From Patescibacteria group bacterium (GTDB taxonomy: Bacteria > Patescibacteriota > UBA1384 > XYA2-FULL-43-10), in contig JBAYVT010000005.1 in NCBI GenBank assembly GCA_041674405.1, positions 30,001-62,000 of the forward strand: a DNA stretch of 32,000 bases, written 5' to 3'. The stretch's first letter is position 1; the number at the start of each line of letters is the position of its first letter. This document shows, piece after piece, positions 18,048 to 23,973 of the stretch. The notes below the pieces were generated by a model, which saw nothing but the letters and a program-made list of their open reading frames with translations, searched no databases and was not told where the DNA came from. The translations under genes and the position numbers were made by a program.

Positions 18048-20516
18048 TTATAATGTGACTTTGCTAAAATATGAAAATTCCATCGCCTTAAGGGAAGACT
18101 CGTCAAGACTGACAGGGGTTCCAAAAGTTCCGGTAGCCGGGTCAAACGGCTTGAATTCGAAATTTGGGGCAGTAAAACTATCAAGTTGCAAGAATCTTCC
18201 AAATGAGCTTGCATACAACACACAATTACTCGCATAACCAGCGCCAGCTAAAGATTTTAAACTATCGACGAACTTATCCTTCTTTTTGTCTGTAATTCCG
18301 AATTTACCCTCAAGATTGTAATCATCCCCGCTCACATTTATATATGCATCAACTTCCCAGATTAGATCTTTGCCATCTTTATCGACATCTAGAATAACTA
18401 CATCAATATCTGCACCCGAAGGCAACATTGCAAGTTCGGCGATCCTTGGTGATTTGACAATCATCTTTTTGCTCGGAGCACCTTTGCTTACGCCAGTAAG
18501 GATATAATCACCGCCGAGCCTCTTTAGCTTTCCGGTAAACTTCTTGCCCAGATATTTTTCATAAGCTTCTTTATCAAATTCTTCTTCTGGCTCTATTTCT
18601 GGTGACGAACCTCTCCCTCTTGAAACAACATTGACTAAATTCCTATCAATAGTTCCTTCGGCAGTAAGTATGTCATCAAGTGAAAATTCCGGATGCGGAT
18701 TTACAGGCGTTGGCCCAGATAATTTTTTCCTATCCGCTTCCGTCATCTTAAATACAAGCCTGCCACTTGCATCAATATCGGTAATTTCAAATCTTCGGTC
18801 TCTTGTACCGATAACATATCCGGCAGGCAATGTGGTAAACATGACTGTCGCCCCGATCAGTTCTTGCTTTACATTTTCTTTATTTTCTTTAGTCTTGTCT
18901 CGCTTTTCTGCCTGCTTTTCCGACCGGTTCTCGGCATTTTCTTTGCGCCGGACATCTTTTGCTTCATCTGTAAGCCTTCTTTGCGCCTTTTCATTGCCCC
19001 TTTGGGCTTTATCAATACCCAAATATCCGGCAACAGCAGCCACTCCTACGCCTCCGGCAATTTTCGCCATAAGAGAAGCAGAAGCTGCATCAGCTGAAGA
19101 ATTGTGTGCTAAATCCAAGAAATCGGTGGCAAGCGAAGGATGGGAAAGAATAAAATGTTGAATATCAGGCGGGAAGGAAAGAAAGGTTTCCTTGTTGTCC
19201 ACAAGAAACTGGCCAAATTGTCCGCCATCCGGCATCGCCACTGACAAGTCTAAATTCGAATGGTCGGCAAGATTAAACATTTCGTGCAGATTGCCGGATT
19301 GAAGATATTGATTGAATGTGGCCTCATAGGTCGGGCCTAGTCCGGTGGCCTGATCAAACCCAAACAGAGCTCGATCCCCGCCAAATTCTTTAATTGCATT
19401 TATGTGTCCAACCATATCGATATGCTCAGGCGGAACCATGCCTTGTCCCATATCTTGGTTGTAAACATCAAAATTATTTTGCATCGTTTGGAAGTGTTGT
19501 AAATCTTCTTGGTATGCGGCATCAGTTAGTGATGCTCTCTTCGCATCCAATGCGTCATGGAGCACTTGCTCGTGAGACTGGGTGTGCAAAATATGCTCCG
19601 AAATCCAATCGTTCACCCCATGCATGCCGCCATGGTGTTGAGCATAGTCAACGACTGTTCCAATTACGCCTCCAAACGCCGCGCCAACCATTGCGCCCTT
19701 GACCGCAGTCATAATTTCCGCTTTGCGCTTTAATGCAAATATTTGATCATAGGTTTCTCTCGTCTCTTCTGAAGCCATTCTGGCTATCTCTTTAGATTCA
19801 TCTCCCGCATCAGCTAAAGCTTGGTCTATGCGCGACATAACCGGATTTAGCTCTTTATTCTCGGCCAATCTTTCGTTTCTACGATCTCTTAGAACTTCCT
19901 TCATCAATCGATATTTTGAAATATATTCGAGTTTGGCTTGTGCATTTCCACGCACATTTCTCGCATCCATCGCATTTTTCATAATACCAAGAGCAGTGTA
20001 TAAATCAGCTTCAGTCATCTTGGACATATCTGTTTTGCTCTTCGAAAGTATATCAAGGTTTGCCATCCAGGTAGCTGCAGATTCCTGCTGATTTCGGCCT
20101 CGCATCCAACCCCAAAATCCGCCGGCAGCACCACCACCAACTGCACTTGCAGCAGGGCCTGCGAGATGTAGTCCGGCACGCACACCTGTCCGTATTGCCA
20201 TACCCACGCCAACAGAGCCGACCATTCTGCCTGCCCAGTTGTTCCATACACCATTCCAAGCACCACGAATACCGCGCCGGGATGCGATTACTTGCAAAAG
20301 AATATTTGCATCAGAGTCCATTTCGGTCAAAATCGCCCTTACTGCCTCAGGATTGCGCAGCATCTCTGCGTGTTCTTTGGCAGCATCTTGCTCCACTAGG
20401 GTTCTTGGCTTCGCAAAACCATAGCTCGATCCCCAATCGTCTCGGTCGATAATACTACCGACTCGCTCGGCAATATCTTCGTTTACATCGGTGCGCCTTT
20501 CACCTCGTGTAGCCAA
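18048..20516 (-). CDS. Large hypothetical protein with three Gly/Ala-rich hydrophobic (glycine-zipper-like) segments, a K/E/R-rich linker and a beta-rich C-terminal domain
   Basis: The ORF is open from GTG 20534. However, agGGAGGgaaaTTG places a strong SD 4 nt before TTG 20516, the same geometry as the next gene's GGAGGgaatATG. Hydrophobic segments: GSVGVGMAIRTGVRAGLHLAGPAASAVGGGAAGGFWGW; AVKGAMVGAAFGGVIGTVV; IAGGVGVAAVAGYLGI. Confidence 0.6.
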   Translation of the reverse strand: MATRGERRTDVNEDIAERVGSIIDRDDWGSSYGFAKPRTLVEQDAAKEHAEMLRNPEAVRAILTEMDSDANILLQVIASRRGIRGAWNGVWNNWAGRMVGSVGVGMAIRTGVRAGLHLAGPAASAVGGGAAGGFWGWMRGRNQQESAATWMANLDILSKSKTDMSKMTEADLYTALGIMKNAMDARNVRGNAQAKLEYISKYRLMKEVLRDRRNERLAENKELNPVMSRIDQALADAGDESKEIARMASEETRETYDQIFALKRKAEIMTAVKGAMVGAAFGGVIGTVVDYAQHHGGMHGVNDWISEHILHTQSHEQVLHDALDAKRASLTDAAYQEDLQHFQTMQNNFDVYNQDMGQGMVPPEHIDMVGHINAIKEFGGDRALFGFDQATGLGPTYEATFNQYLQSGNLHEMFNLADHSNLDLSVAMPDGGQFGQFLVDNKETFLSFPPDIQHFILSHPSLATDFLDLAHNSSADAASASLMAKIAGGVGVAAVAGYLGIDKAQRGNEKAQRRLTDEAKDVRRKENAENRSEKQAEKRDKTKENKENVKQELIGATVMFTTLPAGYVIGTRDRRFEITDIDASGRLVFKMTEADRKKLSGPTPVNPHPEFSLDDILTAEGTIDRNLVNVVSRGRGSSPEIEPEEEFDKEAYEKYLGKKFTGKLKRLGGDYILTGVSKGAPSKKMIVKSPRIAELAMLPSGADIDVVILDVDKDGKDLIWEVDAYINVSGDDYNLEGKFGITDKKKDKFVDSLKSLAGAGYASNCVLYASSFGRFLQLDSFTAPNFEFKPFDPATGTFGTPVSLDESSLKAMEFSYFSKVTL

Positions 20517-20544
20517 TTTCCCTCCCTTATTCACGCATAGAATA

Positions 20545-20603
20545 ATTATAGCAAAAACAATTGGGAATGAAACCCGATTCTTTGTACAAAATTATTGTAG
20601 CAA
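20545..20603 (-). promoter_or_regulatory. Two tandem extended -10 elements (TGcTATAAT and TGcTACAAT) upstream of the 828-aa gene
   Basis: Minus-strand tgctataat at 20553-20545 and tgctacaat at 20602-20594. Both -35 regions are weak (tttcat / ttgttt). Confidence 0.45.
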
Positions 20604-20624
20604 ACATATTTGCAAAACAAAAGC

Positions 20625-20651
20625 AAAAAACGGCCGCCCGGAGGGCAACCG
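20625..20651 (-). terminator. Intrinsic terminator of the GC-rich cassette gene
   Basis: Minus-strand cggttgccc-tcc-gggcggccg is a 9-bp stem with two G-U pairs, which are mismatches on the plus strand. It is followed by tttttt (20630-20625). Confidence 0.65.
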
Positions 20652-20712
20652 CTTTTGCGTGCGATCATTTTGTACTTCTTCCCAGTATGATCAAACTGGG
20701 GAATGTAGCACG

Positions 20713-21555
20713 TTACGGTCTCGTACCAGTGCTTCGGAAGCGAATGCCCCCGATGCGAACGCGGAACTCGTAGTTAGTCCCGGCAGGAGCCTGCTGTTCC
20801 CACTCTTCCCACAGGTTACCAGCCATGCGAACGATATTCGGCCAGAACAACCATACCAGCAGGCCGATAACACCTCCGATGACCAGGACCAGGACCGCCC
20901 AGCGCCAGACCTCCCCTCTGACCTGAGCGCCCGTCATAGGCGGCGCAGCCGGGGCCTGGACGGCCGGCATGATCGTAGCAGGAGCGACAGGTACCGGCAC
21001 GGACGGAAGCGGCGCGATCTGCGGCTGGGCCGCAGGGGGCGCCAAGGGGGCGGCGGCCGGGGCCTGCGGAGTCTGGACCGGCGCAGGTGTCGTGGCAGTG
21101 GGCGGGGCGGTGGGAGCAGAAGCAGGATCGGTCTTGGTCGGCGCATCCGTCGTCTTGAGGACATAGCGCTTGTCCAGCTGGCCCTGCGTCTTGTAGCCCC
21201 AATCCTGCAACCAGGCGTTGGAAGCGGTCTGTCCCGCAGGGGGCAGCCCGTTAATCCCATGCTGCTCCAGGTTATCTACCCGGCCACCCAGGGCGTTGAG
21301 CTGCCCCTGGAGGTGGCTGATGTTCCCAGACGCCCGGCGGGCACGGGGAACATCGCGGTGGATCGTGGCCTGAGCTAGCTCCTGCCTTGCGGTGGCAAGC
21401 TGGCCCTGCAGGCTGGCGATCTCGGCGTCCTTCGCCGCGATCTGCGCGGCGTTGTTGGTCGGAGCCGGAATCGGCCCCTGTGCCAAGACGGCGCAAGCAG
21501 ACAAAACGACCAGGAACAAAACGGCTATCAGGTTGTGGGTGGTGAAGTTTTTCAC
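20713..21555 (-). CDS. GC-rich foreign-looking envelope protein: lipoprotein-type signal peptide, coiled-coil, Pro/Ala-rich linker, C-terminal TM helix and a short basic tail
   Basis: GTG start preceded by agagagg plus 5 nt. N-terminus MKNFTTHNLIAVLFLVVLSAC contains an LSAC lipobox-like motif. Coiled-coil AKDAEIASLQGQLATARQELAQA ... LQGQLNALGGRVDNLEQ. A PA-rich stretch follows. TM WRWAVLVLVIGGVIGLLVWLFW. Third codon positions are strongly G/C-biased, unlike all neighbouring genes. Confidence 0.6.
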   Translation of the reverse strand: MKNFTTHNLIAVLFLVVLSACAVLAQGPIPAPTNNAAQIAAKDAEIASLQGQLATARQELAQATIHRDVPRARRASGNISHLQGQLNALGGRVDNLEQHGINGLPPAGQTASNAWLQDWGYKTQGQLDKRYVLKTTDAPTKTDPASAPTAPPTATTPAPVQTPQAPAAAPLAPPAAQPQIAPLPSVPVPVAPATIMPAVQAPAAPPMTGAQVRGEVWRWAVLVLVIGGVIGLLVWLFWPNIVRMAGNLWEEWEQQAPAGTNYEFRVRIGGIRFRSTGTRP

Positions 21556-21577
21556 TTCAACCTCTCTTTCTGCCCTT

Positions 21578-21605
21578 CTCGAGGGCTATCGCAATAGCGC
21601 TCGAG
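21578..21605 (-). promoter_or_regulatory. Stable hairpin with a UGCG (UNCG-class) tetraloop, about 20 nt upstream of the cassette gene's SD
   Basis: Minus strand: cucgagcgcuau-UGCG-auagcccucgag. This is a 12-bp stem with one mismatch. Confidence 0.4.
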
Positions 21606-21797
21606 GTCGGACAGGTATTTGTCTTCCTCGGAGCAATGTATCTGCCAGCATTCGCGCCAGAATAATGATCACGCCAGAATTACGCTGATCTTGCATTCAC
21701 ATTGCTTCGAAGAAGTATATATTGTTAAGGTGCCATCGCTCTCAGTATCCCACTTCGCTACGCTCCGCGGGATTATTAGGCTAAAGCCTAATAAAAA

Positions 21798-22011
21798 GTG
21801 CGATAAGGTGCTGTACAACAACACGGGTGGAGGGGGAACCCATGGCTCAAACGACGAATCGTTTGAATGTCATACAGCACGCTACCGCACTAATATTTCA
21901 GGAAAGTGTGCGACATTGTGCCGGATAGCAGTCACAGGCGGAGGGGGAACCTGTGTCTCGATATGTTTCCGAAGAAACAATCAAGAAAGCTATCCAGCAC
22001 GATGTCGCACA
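21798..22011 (-). ncRNA. Tandem pair of three-way-junction structured RNA elements in the 5' leader of the GC-rich cassette. I recognise no family, and the strand assignment is tentative.
   Basis: Unit 1: closing helix 21798-21820 with 21868-21890; hairpin A 21822-21844; hairpin B 21848-21865. Unit 2: closing helix 21907-21927 with 21991-22011 (21 positions, 1 wobble, 1 mismatch); hairpin A 21933-21955; hairpin B 21965-21978. Plus-strand loops are conserved (A = GGAGGGGGAA, B = CGAA) while the stems differ with compensation. On the minus strand the B loops read UUCG, and a TTGACA-17-TGcTACAAT promoter points into the region. Confidence 0.55.
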
Positions 22012-22068
22012 ATGTTGTAATTTCCCTTCCAAGAGCTTAAGATCCCTCTCTCACCCTCGGAACACGCT

Positions 22069-22097
22069 ATTGTAGCATATACTATAAATTTTGTCAA
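22069..22097 (-). promoter_or_regulatory. Near-consensus sigma-70 promoter (TTGACA-17 nt-TGcTACAAT) driving the GC-rich cassette
   Basis: Minus-strand ttgaca at 22097-22092, a 17-nt spacer ending in tgc, tacaat at 22074-22069. It lies in AT-rich sequence at the cassette edge. Confidence 0.6.
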
Positions 22098-22196
22098 GAC
22101 CTTTAATTTATTACTTTCTAAAATAAATTGTAGTGTGATAAAATATTGATGTAATTATAAAAAGCTCTATTTTGAAAGAATAAAAGAAAGGAAGAT

Positions 22197-23660
22197 ATGG
22201 GAATATTTGACCGATTCCGCGGCGGCGGAAAACCAAGTGATCCAACGATAAATATTGAAAAAGAAGATTTGCAGCCGACAGACAAAGAAATTAAAGAAGC
22301 CAATAAGACCAAAATGGATGAGGCTCTCAATGACCCCAAATTTACGGCGTTTCTTGAAAAATTTGGCGATACTGAAACAGTTGATGTAGGTGAAGATAGT
22401 TCGGAAATTCTTGAACGTTATGAAATGTATCAGACAATCGGTTCTGCTTCAAAAGAAATTAAGTCAGTATTGCGCGAAGAAATATTTGCCGACACCCAAA
22501 TAAATCTCACTGACAAGGAGTTGGAATGTGTTAATGAGTTCATGGAAAGCTTGGCAGTCGAAGGCGGCAAAGGCACAATAGAGACTATCACCAAGACTAT
22601 GGCCGAATTTAGAGAACTCAAGCGGCAAATTGAAACAGAAGAACAAGGTCTATCTCAACGATCCGAGGCATTTGAAAAGAGAAAAGCCGCATTTGACGCA
22701 GCCAAAGATATCAAGCCCTATAAACGTGTATTGGAAAGATTTTTAAGCAAAGACGAAGCTGGGGCAATTCAGGAAGCGAGAAAAGCCGGCGTTGAGGTAG
22801 CCGGTTTCGGCAATCGTAATTTGGCGGCTAAGGAAGAAGAATTTAAAACCGAAGGATCCACCATAGACAATCTCAAATCTGCACAGGAAGCGAGGCGCAA
22901 ACAATGTGCCGAAGCAAGAGAAGTGCTTCTTGGGCAGTTTGCCGAAGATTCCGGAGCAATGAACGCAATACGGCAAAAGATTGCTGACCGCCTCACCGGC
23001 ATGGTGACCGAAGAAAGCAAGGCGGGCAAACTCGATGACGCACAATCACAGCTCGAACAATTCAAGTCAGTAGATAGCCGCTATGTCGACGAGGAAAGAT
23101 TGGGCGAAGATTTTCAGAAAGAATTGGATAAATACTTAAAAGAACGCCTCGGTGAAATGATCAAAACCACCCTAGGAAAACTAAAATCTGAGCGCGGTCA
23201 GCTAGATACGGCAAGAAGAAATTTAGACCAATTCTTCAAACGCGAGGTGATGGGTTCTGCTTCCGGTGAAGAAGTAAAGGAATTTGTCGGCCAAACCATC
23301 ACAGAGGCTTATAAAGATTTGAGCTATCCACAAAAGCTTCTGGTACGAAAAGTTTGTGCAGAAAATGGGATCGATTTAGCAAATTATGTTACAAAGACAG
23401 AACCTAAGCCTGAAGATGATGAAGAAACCAAAGGTGGTTCGAAGGATTCCGAATCCTCTGTAACAGGGTCTGTGGAAGCCGAAAAACAGGAATCACCTGC
23501 TGGATGGCATGTTGAAGATGGAGTTTGGGTTCGCGATACAGCTCCTGCTTCAGCAGAAAATCCAGGCGCGGATGGTCCAAAAATTATTAACCCGACAAAA
23601 GCTTCTACTCCTGAAACATCAGCAGAAAATCCTGATGCCGGCCATGATCAAGCTATTTAA
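22197..23660 (+). CDS. Acidic coiled-coil hypothetical protein (487 aa)
   Basis: RBS aaggaag before the ATG. It has long helical/coiled-coil-type K/E/A/Q-rich segments and a low-complexity P/E/S/T C-terminus. There is no TM or signal peptide, and I recognise no family. A possible extended -10 (tgataaaat) lies at 22136-22144. Confidence 0.6.
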   Translation: MGIFDRFRGGGKPSDPTINIEKEDLQPTDKEIKEANKTKMDEALNDPKFTAFLEKFGDTETVDVGEDSSEILERYEMYQTIGSASKEIKSVLREEIFADTQINLTDKELECVNEFMESLAVEGGKGTIETITKTMAEFRELKRQIETEEQGLSQRSEAFEKRKAAFDAAKDIKPYKRVLERFLSKDEAGAIQEARKAGVEVAGFGNRNLAAKEEEFKTEGSTIDNLKSAQEARRKQCAEAREVLLGQFAEDSGAMNAIRQKIADRLTGMVTEESKAGKLDDAQSQLEQFKSVDSRYVDEERLGEDFQKELDKYLKERLGEMIKTTLGKLKSERGQLDTARRNLDQFFKREVMGSASGEEVKEFVGQTITEAYKDLSYPQKLLVRKVCAENGIDLANYVTKTEPKPEDDEETKGGSKDSESSVTGSVEAEKQESPAGWHVEDGVWVRDTAPASAENPGADGPKIINPTKASTPETSAENPDAGHDQAI

Positions 23661-23680
23661 TTAATTTTTGAAGGAAAATT

Positions 23681-23971
23681 ATGGCAAATAACATTGAAGA
23701 AATTGAAAAATTGCTAAAAGAAGGCAAGAAAGACGAAGCTAAAAAATTGATCACCGATCTCGTCTCTCAAGACATGAGCGACAAAGAAAGAGGCTCAGTA
23801 TATACCGATCTAGCCCTTGCTTACATGGAGATCAGCAATGAAATTAATCGAAAATATCTGGAAGAATTGCGAGAAATTTCTGCCGGTTTAAAAGAAATTG
23901 ACCAAATCGATACAGCTAACAACTCCGAGTTCGAAAAAGCTCAGGCACGCAAGAATATTTTAGACTCGTAA
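23681..23971 (+). CDS. Small acidic helical hypothetical protein (96 aa)
   Basis: RBS gaagga before the ATG, 20 nt after the upstream stop. I recognise no family. Confidence 0.5.
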   Translation: MANNIEEIEKLLKEGKKDEAKKLITDLVSQDMSDKERGSVYTDLALAYMEISNEINRKYLEELREISAGLKEIDQIDTANNSEFEKAQARKNILDS

Positions 23972-23973
23972 AT

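Noticed and set aside
19300-20500. Elevated GC in the 5' half of the 828-aa gene as part of the foreign island
   Set aside because: The enrichment coincides with Gly/Ala-rich peptide segments (GGN/GCN codons), and the gene's other codons keep the host's A/T-ending preference. The true compositional break is at about 20650.
20491-21378. A 295-aa plus-strand ORF and several other long ORFs (20816-21202, 20934-21260, 20969-21166, 21272-21496) inside the GC-rich block
   Set aside because: Long open frames on every strand are expected in GC-rich DNA. These translate to Arg/Gly/Pro-rich low-complexity strings with no RBS. Only the minus-strand 280-aa frame has an SD, a signal peptide, a TM helix, a matching promoter and a matching terminator.
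21798-22011. Whether the tandem elements are a known class: tRNA-like, hammerhead ribozyme, tandem glycine riboswitch, purine-type riboswitch, CsrB/RsmZ-like GGA sponge, or integron attC sites
   Set aside because: The fold is not a four-way cloverleaf, and there is no T-loop. The junctions lack CUGAUGA/GAAA hammerhead cores. The conserved glycine-riboswitch blocks are not seen. The attC R' consensus GTTRRRY is not met at the ends. A plus-strand GGA-loop sponge reading remains possible, but there are only two sites, no plus-strand promoter or terminator, and the UNCG loops favour the minus strand. None of these could be confirmed by eye, so the element is reported as unclassified.
21619-22020. 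A 133-aa plus-strand ORF covering the structured-repeat region
   Set aside because: It has no RBS and no recognisable protein features. Its sequence is better explained by conserved-loop, covarying-stem RNA structure. The identified promoter faces the other way.
20625-22097. The GC-rich block as a mobile element such as an IS, integron cassette or prophage
   Set aside because: I found no transposase or integrase ORF, no terminal inverted repeats and no flanking direct repeats. I report it only as a compositionally foreign cassette. An assembly chimera cannot be excluded from sequence alone.
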